Shown: one piece after another, positions 1-8,757 of the stretch
How the letters are laid out: each line of letters starts with the position of its first letter
How positions within the stretch are numbered: the stretch's first letter is position 1
IMG/VR virus record: IMGVR_UViG_3300020043_006832
Location: 1-33,481 of that record
Reading direction: 5' to 3' (one strand)
DNA: 33,481 nt
Origin: a virus
Lineage: Duplodnaviria; Caudoviricetes
Notes under the pieces: model-generated
Database searches by the model: none
What the model saw: the letters and a program-made list of their open reading frames with translations, nothing else
What the model was told of the DNA's origin: nothing
Program-made: the position numbers and the translations under genes

Positions 1-121
1 AGTTTTTATATTTCTATTTGGTAGTAAGTTTGATTATGACTGCAAATCTTGTGGGAATAGACAATACTCACTTATCACTAACTACATTAAATCAATGAAA
101 TAATGGCTAAAGAAAATAAAG
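1..121. repeat. Terminal direct repeat, copy 1 (circular contig overlap)
   Basis: Identical to 33361-33481. ORF 33122..33463 and the start of terS continue across the join. Confidence 0.97.
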
Positions 122-504
122 CAGGAAGGAAGACTGATGAATTAGAATTTGAAGAAAGGATGAATAGAGTATTTGAGTTAATGCTGTATGAACATTTATC
201 TTACAATGAGTTTAAAGAAAAAGCTGCTAAGGAATTTGGTATGTCAACAAGACGTGCTGAAGATTTGTGGAAGGAAGCAAGAGTAAGATTGAAAGAAAGG
301 TTCCAACGCAATAACGAAGAAATAATGGAAGACCATTTAAACCAATTATATGACTTACTTAAAAGGTCAAGAGAAGACCGAAACAAAAGAGTGGAACGTG
401 AAGTGTTGGCAGATATTGCGAAGATACATTCGTTGGAGGGTTCGAAGAAGATTGATATTACATCAAATGGACAGCCAATAAGTATCAACATAAACTTGGA
501 CTAA
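103..504 (+). CDS. terS: Probable terminase small subunit
   Basis: Helical HTH-like protein ending in the typical KIDITSNGQPISININLD beta-tail. Lies just upstream of terL. Confidence 0.65.
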   Translation: MAKENKAGRKTDELEFEERMNRVFELMLYEHLSYNEFKEKAAKEFGMSTRRAEDLWKEARVRLKERFQRNNEEIMEDHLNQLYDLLKRSREDRNKRVEREVLADIAKIHSLEGSKKIDITSNGQPISININLD

Positions 505-562
505 TTTTTTTGCTCCAACCGATTGTAAAATGTCGTTTTTAACAAAAGATATATACATATAT

Positions 563-1297
563 ATGAAAGAAATTAAAGTAGCATTAGTTTGCGTAGCAAA
601 ATGGGAAGACTATTACTTAGAGGAATGGTTGAACTATAATCAGAAGTTAGGCTTCGATAAAGTCATTATGTATCAGAACGATTGGGAATGTAAATTAGAA
701 CATCCAATATTAGAAAAACGTATATATAACGGTGGTTCAATACAACTAAAAGCCTACAATGATTTTTTAGATACCAATACAGAATATGATTGGGTAGGCT
801 TTATAGACTGTGATGAGTTTATCGTTCTTAAGAAGCACAACAACATAAAGGAACTAATAGAAGAATATAAAGGTAAGAGTAATGCAATAGCATTAAATTG
901 GTGTATGTTTGGTAATATGGGTATAGTAAATAGATATTGTAATTCATTACTTACTATGTTCACCAAAAGAGGTGCAGCACCTAACGAACACATTAAAGTA
1001 TTGGTTAATTGCAGGTCAAATGACAGGATGCATATGCCACATAATACAAACAATTTTGCAATAGACACACGAGGTTATAAATTCTTAGGCCCATTCAATC
1101 AGAACGGTCCAATAGATGTGGCCTATATTAATCACTATCATAACAAGACAAAAGAGGATTGGATGTTAAGATGTGCAAGAGGCAGGGTTGATTGTGATTT
1201 ACAGCATGACCCAAATCAATGGGACAGAGAAATAAACGATAATATAGATGTAGAGGATTTAACTGCATTAAACTTTTTATATGGAAATACAGATTAA
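563..1297 (+). CDS. Glycosyltransferase, GT-A fold (GT92/GT2_4-like)
   Basis: AKWEDYYLEEWLNY..GFDKV, WVGFIDCDEF (DxD) and INHYHNKT motifs. Start moved from 530 to 563, 7 nt after a promoter-like GATATATA. Confidence 0.85.
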   Translation: MKEIKVALVCVAKWEDYYLEEWLNYNQKLGFDKVIMYQNDWECKLEHPILEKRIYNGGSIQLKAYNDFLDTNTEYDWVGFIDCDEFIVLKKHNNIKELIEEYKGKSNAIALNWCMFGNMGIVNRYCNSLLTMFTKRGAAPNEHIKVLVNCRSNDRMHMPHNTNNFAIDTRGYKFLGPFNQNGPIDVAYINHYHNKTKEDWMLRCARGRVDCDLQHDPNQWDREINDNIDVEDLTALNFLYGNTD

Positions 1298-2609
1298 TCC
1301 AACAGCCAAACAAAAGCAATGCTTTAAATTATTGTTAGATGACCACACAAACATAATTGTCTATGGTGGTTCAGCAGGTGGAGGAAAGAGTTGGTTGGGT
1401 TGTGTATGGATAGCAACGTTGTGTTTGAAGTACGAAGGTATCAGATGTTTGATTGGTCGTACAGTATTACAGCAATTAAAGCAGACCACACTTAATACTT
1501 TATTTGAAGTGTTAGGAATGATGGGACTAAAATCAGGTGAGCATTATACATTCAATGGACAGTCAAATCAAATGACATTCAACAACGGTAGTGAGATTAT
1601 ATTAAAGGACTTAGCATATCAACCCTCAGATGCCAACTATGATTCTTTAGGTGGTATTGAGGTATCGGCTGTCTTCATAGATGAAGCTGCACAGGTATCG
1701 CATTTATGTTATTCAATATTAAAATCACGTATAAGATTTAAACTAAACAAGTACAAGTTAATCCCTAAGATGTTATTGACCTGCAACCCTGGTCAGAATT
1801 GGATTAAGAAAGATTTTTACTTACCATTTGTACAGGATACATTAGAACCTGATAAAGCGTTCGTACCTGCATTGCCAATGGACAACCCGTACTTACCACC
1901 ATCTTATATTGATATGTTAAAGACATTACCACAACAACAACGTAAAAGATTGTTAGAAGGTGATTGGGATTATTTAGATGATAATGATAGTCTATTCAAT
2001 TTTGATAAGATTAGTGATAGTGTATTTAAACACAAGCCTGAATTAACGGATAAGAAATATTTATCTGTGGACGTAGCAAGGTTTGGTTCAGATAGGTCAG
2101 TTGTAATGGTTTGGAGTGGACTGGTTGTGTTAGAATGTTATGTCTATAACAAACTATCGACCACAGAACTAAGTGCTGAAATTAAGGAGCTAATTGCGAA
2201 ATACGGGGTACATCCTAATAACGTGATTGTGGACTCTGATGGCGTAGGCGGAGGAGTTGCGGACCAGATTAAAGGAACAAACTTCGTCAATAACTCATCA
2301 GCATTACACAAGCAAAATTTCGCTAATTTAAAGAGCCAATGTTATGTCAAATTATCTGAACTATTTAACGAGGGAAAGATAAGCCTAAACATAATGAACC
2401 CATCCATTATAGATGAACTAACTCAGGAATTACTGGCGGTGAAACTTAAAGATGTTGATAGAGATAATAAAGTAGCAGTACAATCTAAGGACGATATGAA
2501 AAGGTTATTGGGTAAGTCACCCGATTTATCTGATGCATTAGCAATGGGTATGTACTTCCAAATAAAGAATTTAAAAAGTACCGGTAGGTACGCAATTAGT
2601 TTTATATGA
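1281..2609 (+). CDS. terL: Terminase large subunit
   Basis: Walker A YGGSAGGGKS, Walker B VFIDEA, coupling motif LTCNP, nuclease motifs DVARFGSD and SPDLSDA. Confidence 0.96.
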   Translation: MEIQINPTAKQKQCFKLLLDDHTNIIVYGGSAGGGKSWLGCVWIATLCLKYEGIRCLIGRTVLQQLKQTTLNTLFEVLGMMGLKSGEHYTFNGQSNQMTFNNGSEIILKDLAYQPSDANYDSLGGIEVSAVFIDEAAQVSHLCYSILKSRIRFKLNKYKLIPKMLLTCNPGQNWIKKDFYLPFVQDTLEPDKAFVPALPMDNPYLPPSYIDMLKTLPQQQRKRLLEGDWDYLDDNDSLFNFDKISDSVFKHKPELTDKKYLSVDVARFGSDRSVVMVWSGLVVLECYVYNKLSTTELSAEIKELIAKYGVHPNNVIVDSDGVGGGVADQIKGTNFVNNSSALHKQNFANLKSQCYVKLSELFNEGKISLNIMNPSIIDELTQELLAVKLKDVDRDNKVAVQSKDDMKRLLGKSPDLSDALAMGMYFQIKNLKSTGRYAISFI

Positions 2610-3331
2610 TAAAATTTAGAATTGAAGGACAGGAGTATTATCTTCCTGAAGTAATGACGATAGAAAATTACGTAAAGATATATAAGATAAAAGATTTATT
2701 CAACGATGATTATTTCTACGCTAAAATATTAAGTACGGTAACGGATGCACCTTTAAAGGATTTGTTAGAGGGAGGATTTGAAGAAATAGCATTCCTTGCA
2801 GCATCGATATTAAAAATAATGCCAACAACTGAGACAGTTAAGTTTGAGGATAGGTTTGAATTAAACGGCATTGAGTACGGGTTTTTTCCTAATTGGAGGG
2901 ACTTAACATTTGCTGAGTTTATTGATATGGATACAATATCAACTAAGAAACCACAGGACTTATTAGACCATCTACATATACTTGCAGCAATTATGTATAG
3001 ACCAATTGTAGATGAAGTATCAAGACACAACTTTCAGATTGAACCATATGATATGGACAGCATGATTAAAAGAGCTGAGTTATTTAAAAAGGAATTAGAT
3101 GTGAGGTACGTGCTGGCAGCACAGACTTTTTTTACAACATTCGCAAGGATGTTTTTAGAATATACCCCAACATCTTCGACTACGATGAACGTGAAGCTGA
3201 GTTTTTGGCATCAAATCAAAATGATATGGATGATGTGGAGGATGGTCTACAAGATTCGTTCACACAAACCTTCGGATGGTTTATTGTTGTCAACAAAATA
3301 TCGGAAAATGATATTACGAAGCATAACATAA
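2606..3331 (+). CDS. Tail assembly chaperone, 0-frame product (lambda gpG-like)
   Basis: YGFFPNWRDLTFAEFID...LAAIMYRP motifs. Contains slippery T TTT TTT at 3127-3133. Confidence 0.7.
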   Translation: MIKFRIEGQEYYLPEVMTIENYVKIYKIKDLFNDDYFYAKILSTVTDAPLKDLLEGGFEEIAFLAASILKIMPTTETVKFEDRFELNGIEYGFFPNWRDLTFAEFIDMDTISTKKPQDLLDHLHILAAIMYRPIVDEVSRHNFQIEPYDMDSMIKRAELFKKELDVRYVLAAQTFFTTFARMFLEYTPTSSTTMNVKLSFWHQIKMIWMMWRMVYKIRSHKPSDGLLLSTKYRKMILRSIT

Positions 3332-3435
3332 TATATAAAATGAATGTGGTTGAAGTATTGAACCAACTTAGTTATGTTATAGCATATGAGCAGGAACAAC
3401 TTAAAGCACAGAAGAAAATAATGGGTCAGGTATAA
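3127..3435 (+). CDS. -1 frameshift extension of the tail chaperone (gpGT-like, fusion about 276 aa)
   Basis: The -1 frame is open from 3088 to 3435 and reads FFYNIRKDVFRIYPNIF...FGWFIVV...DITK...VLNQLSY after the slippery heptamer. Confidence 0.75.
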   Translation, partial: FFYNIRKDVFRIYPNIFDYDEREAEFLASNQNDMDDVEDGLQDSFTQTFGWFIVVNKISENDITKHNIIYKMNVVEVLNQLSYVIAYEQEQLKAQKKIMGQV

Positions 3436-3460
3436 TTTCACAACACACCTAACACTTTTT

Positions 3461-3468
3461 TATATTTA
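3461..3468 (+). promoter_or_regulatory. TATATTTA promoter motif, 5 nt before ATG 3474
   Basis: Recurrent intergenic octamer at near-fixed spacing from start codons. Confidence 0.7.
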
Positions 3469-3473
3469 CTTAT

Positions 3474-4481
3474 ATGATTGATTATAAACAACTGGTAGCT
3501 GATTTTGCATCTATTGCATATCACCACGAACAGATTAATTCTTTCGGTTTTGGTGACTTAGCACAGTGTACGAATGATATTGATACCAAACAAGCACCAC
3601 GATATACTCGCATGTATTTGGTGCCTGGTAACGTTGAATTAAATCAATACCATATCCACTACAATTTCGGTTGTATTATAATGGATAAACTAAATGACGA
3701 CTTAACAAACTTAGATGATGTTTTATCAGATACATTGGAAATTGCAAAAGATGTTTGGACCGTATTATTACAGTCTTATACACAACGATATGGAGATTTT
3801 AGTTGGGACATTATTCCTGACCAGGAGCCTGACGTATATAGTTTCTTAGAACGCTTTGAGGATAATGTTGCAGGATGGACGATTAACTTTTCTGTACAGA
3901 TTAAGTTTGACTATAACAGTTGTACACCACCTGTTGCATTTGGTTACGGGTTCCCTGAAGACCAAACGTTTGAAAGTTATAGAGTGGTGATTAAAGATTT
4001 TCAAACCTTTGCTGACTTACACGAACAGATTAACTCATTTGGATTTGGGGATGTGCCTCAATTAACAAATGATATAATAACAAAACAAGAACCTAAGTAT
4101 CCTCGTATGTATGTGCAAAATGATTTAGCACGTTTCCATACGGGACACGTTCACATAAAGTGGAAGATATACTTCGTAGACAAGTTGAATGATGATTTAT
4201 CCAACCTTACATACGTATTATCGGACACATTAGAATTGGTAAAGGATTTATTCAGTAAAATGTATCTATCGGAATATGAAGCAGATTTTGATGCACCTGT
4301 TGAAATAATGTATGAAAAGACAGAAACTAATTTAGCAGGATGGATATTAAATGTTTCAATGACACAGAAATTTGATTATAATAGATGTGTATTACCTGTG
4401 TCAAGTTTCTCACCTCATTTGACTTGGGATGAAGTAAATCAATTATGGAGGAAGGTAAATAATGAATGGCAAAATGTATAA
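3474..4481 (+). CDS. Tandem-duplicated structural protein, probably tail terminator/completion type
   Basis: Two roughly 165-aa repeats (HEQINSFGFGD...MY...DKLNDDL.NL..VLSDTLE...AGW...KFDYN.C). Located in the tail module. Confidence 0.55.
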   Translation: MIDYKQLVADFASIAYHHEQINSFGFGDLAQCTNDIDTKQAPRYTRMYLVPGNVELNQYHIHYNFGCIIMDKLNDDLTNLDDVLSDTLEIAKDVWTVLLQSYTQRYGDFSWDIIPDQEPDVYSFLERFEDNVAGWTINFSVQIKFDYNSCTPPVAFGYGFPEDQTFESYRVVIKDFQTFADLHEQINSFGFGDVPQLTNDIITKQEPKYPRMYVQNDLARFHTGHVHIKWKIYFVDKLNDDLSNLTYVLSDTLELVKDLFSKMYLSEYEADFDAPVEIMYEKTETNLAGWILNVSMTQKFDYNRCVLPVSSFSPHLTWDEVNQLWRKVNNEWQNV

Positions 4482-4495
4482 AATATTAGTATAGT

Positions 4496-6583
4496 ATGGG
4501 ACAATTAAACAATCTCTATGTAAGTAGTTCTTATCAGGGTTTATTAAAAATGACAGATAGCACAAATGGTTTAACACCTGTGCTTCAAACAATACAAACA
4601 GGTGATGGAGATAATAGTCCATTACAAATGAGTTTAACACAAGTTAATATCTCAGGTTCTTTTACCGTTAATGGTGCAACTGTTGTTGGTACATCAGGAA
4701 CATCAGGTACAAGTGGTAGAGGATTTAATTGGGAAGGTAATTGGAGTAATGCAACAGCATATCAAATTGATGATGTAGTTTATTTCAATGGTAGTTCTTA
4801 TGTAGCTATTATTGCAAACACAAATAAAATACCTTCAATAGAAGTAACTTATTGGAGCATCTTCACACAGGCAGGAACAAACGGTACTTCAGGTACAAAT
4901 GGTAGTTCAGGCTCGTCAGGTTCCAATGGTACAAATGGTACATCAGGAAGCAACGGTACTGATGGAAGTTCAGGAACATCGGGTATAAATGGAACTTCAG
5001 GCTCAAGTGGGTCTAATGGTTCATCAGGTACTTCAGGTTCTAATGGTACATCAGGTTCAAATGGAACAAGTGGTTCTAATGGAACAGATGGAACAAGTGG
5101 TACAAATGGAACTTCAGGAAGTAATGGTAGTTCAGGTAGTTCAGGTTCTAATGGAACAAACGGTACTTCAGGTACAAACGGTACATCAGGAAGCAATGGT
5201 ACAGATGGTTCTTCAGGAACGAGTGGTATTGCATTAGGTCTTCCTGCACAAAATATACAATTTACACAATCAGGTTGGGTTTGGGATGGTTCACAATATT
5301 CAAGTAAATCATTCACATTACCACAACCATTTAGTTCAACAGATTATTCAATAGATGTTCAATATACACCAGGTTCAAATCCATCATTAGGTGCAGAACA
5401 ATATTGGGGAGATTTAACAGAAGGTAGTTTATTAAATTTTGGTTGGAATATTACAGGAAAAACAGCATCAGGTTTTACATTAACAATAACTAATAATGTA
5501 ACAACAACAACATATTCAGGTTTCACAGGTTATATTCAATGTATAGCATTGGGTGCAAGTAATGGTTCAGGTTCATCAGGTACTTCGGGTACTTCAGGAA
5601 GTAATGGTACAAATGGAACAAGTGGAACAAATGGTACTTCAGGTTCTAATGGAACGGATGGTACTTCAGGTACTTCAGGACAGAACGGTATTAGTGCAGG
5701 TAGAACATATTATTTCAATCAATCAGAAACAAGTGATGTAGCAGGAAATAAAGTATTATCTGAAACACCAACAACAGGAACAACACAAATAGTTACAACA
5801 AACTTAACAAATACACAACAAAATGTATTGGTTCAGAGTTATATCACACCTCAATTAGGATTTAGTTTAATTCCTGCAGGTGTTCAACGTTTCCATTTAC
5901 ATTTATTAAAACCTGCATCAAATGACGATATAGATGTTTATGTTACATTACAATTAACTAACTCAACAGGAGGAACGATTGGTAGTTTAATTACATCATC
6001 AGCAAATATTATTACGTGGAATAGTGGAAACCCATCAGAGGTTTATGTGGATGTAGTATTACCATCAACAAGTATTGACCCAACAAATAGAATGATGGTT
6101 AAAATCTATTTGAATAATAATGAAAGTTCATCTAAGAGTGTAGGTTACTATACTGAAGGAAATGAATATTCATATGTTATAACATCAGTTGGTGTTGTTG
6201 CAGGTACATCAGGAACGTCAGGAACGAGTGGTGCAGCAGGAACAAACGGTACTTCAGGTACGAATGGTTCATCAGGTACATCAGGAACTTCAGCAACAGG
6301 TGGTGGTGGTTCAAGTGTAATACAAGTTACAGGGGTTACATTAAACTCAGGTAGTTGGTCATTAAGTTCAAGTTTATATATATACGATTATAGTAATACA
6401 GGAATAACTGCAGCATCAAGTGTAATGGTTATACCATCAAACTCAAGTGTTCAAACTGTGATTAATGCACAAGTATTACCAACAACAAATAGTATATCAG
6501 GTAGTGTTAGATTATTCTCAACTTATCAACCTGCATCAAATATATCAGCAACAATAAACATAACAGAAACAATAATACAATAA
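4496..6583 (+). CDS. Tail fibre/spike with collagen-like G-[TS]-[SND] repeats and a CBM5/12-like module
   Basis: Several blocks of GTS/GTN/GSS triplets, plus a WEGNWSNATAYQIDDVVYFNGSSY module. Confidence 0.75.
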   Translation: MGQLNNLYVSSSYQGLLKMTDSTNGLTPVLQTIQTGDGDNSPLQMSLTQVNISGSFTVNGATVVGTSGTSGTSGRGFNWEGNWSNATAYQIDDVVYFNGSSYVAIIANTNKIPSIEVTYWSIFTQAGTNGTSGTNGSSGSSGSNGTNGTSGSNGTDGSSGTSGINGTSGSSGSNGSSGTSGSNGTSGSNGTSGSNGTDGTSGTNGTSGSNGSSGSSGSNGTNGTSGTNGTSGSNGTDGSSGTSGIALGLPAQNIQFTQSGWVWDGSQYSSKSFTLPQPFSSTDYSIDVQYTPGSNPSLGAEQYWGDLTEGSLLNFGWNITGKTASGFTLTITNNVTTTTYSGFTGYIQCIALGASNGSGSSGTSGTSGSNGTNGTSGTNGTSGSNGTDGTSGTSGQNGISAGRTYYFNQSETSDVAGNKVLSETPTTGTTQIVTTNLTNTQQNVLVQSYITPQLGFSLIPAGVQRFHLHLLKPASNDDIDVYVTLQLTNSTGGTIGSLITSSANIITWNSGNPSEVYVDVVLPSTSIDPTNRMMVKIYLNNNESSSKSVGYYTEGNEYSYVITSVGVVAGTSGTSGTSGAAGTNGTSGTNGSSGTSGTSATGGGGSSVIQVTGVTLNSGSWSLSSSLYIYDYSNTGITAASSVMVIPSNSSVQTVINAQVLPTTNSISGSVRLFSTYQPASNISATINITETIIQ
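4870..5227 (+). repeat. 9-nt period degenerate coding repeat (Gly-X-Y)
   Basis: ggtacttca/ggtacaaat/ggaacatca-type units. Shorter blocks near 4688-4716, 5565-5690 and 6203-6310. Confidence 0.9.
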
Positions 6584-6584
6584 T

Positions 6585-8069
6585 ATGGCAGTAGGAAGTT
6601 TTTTATCACCAACATTTAGTGATTGGGTAAAACCGGCGGATTGGATAGATATATCAAGTGTAGGAAATAATGAAATTAACTTATTGGTTATTGATAATTC
6701 AGTTATGGCCTTTTCTGTATCAATACCATCATCAGGAACATATACAATTGATTGGGGTGATGGAACAATTGATACAGGTAGAGCATCAGGTACAATATAT
6801 CAACGAAGTTTCCCAGCGGGTACAGGTACACCAACAAGTTATGGGTACAATACAATTAAGATTAGAATTTATAATGCATCAGGTAATATTAGTGCATTTA
6901 GATGCCAAAGACCAACAACACCATCAAATATATCTACTTGGACATATAATGTTCCGTTATTATGGGCGGTATTTGGAACGAATAATTTAACATCATTAGT
7001 ATCAGCGTTTGGTGATGGAAGTAGTGTATATCCAACAATTTTACAATCAGTTACATTACCATCAATTTTAAGTGGTATTACAACAACAGGATTTAATAAT
7101 ACCTTCGCCAATGCTTGGTCATTAAAAAGTATTATTGGATTAAATTCACCTTGGGGTAATATCACAACAATGCAGAATATGTTTATTGGTTGTAGAAGTT
7201 TAAGAGTTATTAATTTACCCCCAACTTTACCCAATACAATTACAAATATGTCGTCAACCTTTAATGGTTGTGTAGCATTAACAACAATAAATAACTTCCC
7301 AACAACTTGGCCAACAGGTTTAACAGGTACGGGATTGGCGTCTTGTTTTACAGATTGTGCATCATTAAAAAGTATTACATTACCTGCAACATTTAATGCA
7401 GGTTTAACTGACTTTAGTGCAATGTTCCAAAACTGTAATACTTTAGAAACAATTAATTTTGCTACAACTTGGCCAACTGCATCATTTACTTGTGCAAGTA
7501 TGTTCAACAACTGTCGTTCATTAACGAATATAACATTACCAACAACTTGGGCGAACTGTACAAATACAGGTAATATGTTCGCAGGAAATTGGTCATTAAT
7601 GAATGTATCATTACCGGCGACAGCATCAAACGTAATGGCCACATCACAAAATATGTTTATAACTGATTATTCATTAAGAAATGTAACTAATACAAGTGCA
7701 TTAGGTTCACCAACAACAGGTTCAGTATTATCAGGTGTATTTAGTTCAGGTGCTGGTGGTTATTTAACAGGTAGTTTATCATTTAATGCAATGTTAAACT
7801 CAATAGGTGTGAATGGTGGTTCAGCAACCACATTTGTAAATGTGACAGGTGTAAGATTAACAAATACAGGTTCAATGTTTGCGGGTACATCACCACAAGT
7901 CAATGTATCTTATACAAATATGGGAACAGGTTCATTGGTGGATTTATTCAATGACTTAACAGTAGTAACAGGAAAAACAATAAACATTACCGGTGCTTCA
8001 GGTGCAGCATCTTTAACGGCACCACAGAGAGCAATAGCAACAGGTAAAGGATGGACAATAACAGGATAA
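6585..8069 (+). CDS. BspA-like leucine-rich repeat protein with N-terminal PKD-like domain (putative receptor binding)
   Basis: YTIDWGDGT motif and repeated MF..C.SL..I.LP.TW units. Confidence 0.75.
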   Translation: MAVGSFLSPTFSDWVKPADWIDISSVGNNEINLLVIDNSVMAFSVSIPSSGTYTIDWGDGTIDTGRASGTIYQRSFPAGTGTPTSYGYNTIKIRIYNASGNISAFRCQRPTTPSNISTWTYNVPLLWAVFGTNNLTSLVSAFGDGSSVYPTILQSVTLPSILSGITTTGFNNTFANAWSLKSIIGLNSPWGNITTMQNMFIGCRSLRVINLPPTLPNTITNMSSTFNGCVALTTINNFPTTWPTGLTGTGLASCFTDCASLKSITLPATFNAGLTDFSAMFQNCNTLETINFATTWPTASFTCASMFNNCRSLTNITLPTTWANCTNTGNMFAGNWSLMNVSLPATASNVMATSQNMFITDYSLRNVTNTSALGSPTTGSVLSGVFSSGAGGYLTGSLSFNAMLNSIGVNGGSATTFVNVTGVRLTNTGSMFAGTSPQVNVSYTNMGTGSLVDLFNDLTVVTGKTINITGASGAASLTAPQRAIATGKGWTITG

Positions 8070-8073
8070 TATT

Positions 8074-8277
8074 ATGGTATATAAATTATTTATAGAAGAA
8101 GGAAAATATCAAGATAAGACAACAAGAGAATTAAGAAATATGATGGAGGTAGAAATTGCGTACACTCCTGAAGGAATTAATGTGGGATGGGATGAGTTTA
8201 ACTCAATTGAGGAAGCAATGGAAGCCTATAACATAGAACTAAGACCTAAATTAAAAGACGAAGAAGAATGGATTTAG
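8074..8277 (+). CDS. Small acidic protein, possible fibre chaperone
   Basis: Tightly packed after the LRR gene; GWDEFNSIEEA motif. Confidence 0.55.
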   Translation: MVYKLFIEEGKYQDKTTRELRNMMEVEIAYTPEGINVGWDEFNSIEEAMEAYNIELRPKLKDEEEWI

Positions 8278-8753
8278 ATGCAATAGCACCAATTATAGAA
8301 CAAATCATTAAGGATAGTCTTGCACAAAAAAGGTATCCTTTTGGTTATGCGAAATATACAGGCACAAGTAATAAAATTGCTTCAGGTAGATTAAGAGATA
8401 GCGTTAAGGTACAAGCTATTGAAAAGAAGAATGAAACGATATTACAAGTGATTATGCTAGAGTATGCTCAGTACGTTCAATCAGGTAGAACAAGTGGTAA
8501 AGGTAAGGTGCCTATCAAATCTTTATTACAATGGATTAAGGATAGGAAATTAAAAGGAAGAAACAAAAAAGGACAATTCATAAGCAATTTAAGTTTTGCT
8601 TTTGCAATACAAACAAACATAAAGAAATTTGGAATAAGACCTGCAAATTTTATTGACCTATCAATTGAGAAGATTATGAGTGACCCTCGTATTACTGAAT
8701 TGATAGGTGAGGCAGCTTATGAAGACTTAATAAATGCAATAGAAGGAATATAA
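8268..8753 (+). CDS. Neck/tail-completion protein (HK97 gp10-like)
   Basis: ASGRLRDS...YAQYVQSGR...GIRPANF motifs; basic protein. Confidence 0.65.
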   Translation: MDLDAIAPIIEQIIKDSLAQKRYPFGYAKYTGTSNKIASGRLRDSVKVQAIEKKNETILQVIMLEYAQYVQSGRTSGKGKVPIKSLLQWIKDRKLKGRNKKGQFISNLSFAFAIQTNIKKFGIRPANFIDLSIEKIMSDPRITELIGEAAYEDLINAIEGI

Positions 8754-8757
8754 TATT

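Noticed and set aside
3431-3444. ATAATTTCACAAC resembling the 3' end of Bacteroidota type II-C CRISPR repeats
   Set aside because: Single short match with no GTTGTG partner and no array.
4989-5741. Alternative-frame MVQ/MEQ-repeat ORFs
   Set aside because: Off-frame readings of the 9-nt Gly-X-Y repeat.
6869-7642. 257-aa - strand ORF, and similar shadow ORFs at 201, 754, 2716, 4849, 10654, 11554, 20724 and 21974
   Set aside because: Antisense to well-supported genes and explained by codon bias or repeats lacking reverse stops.
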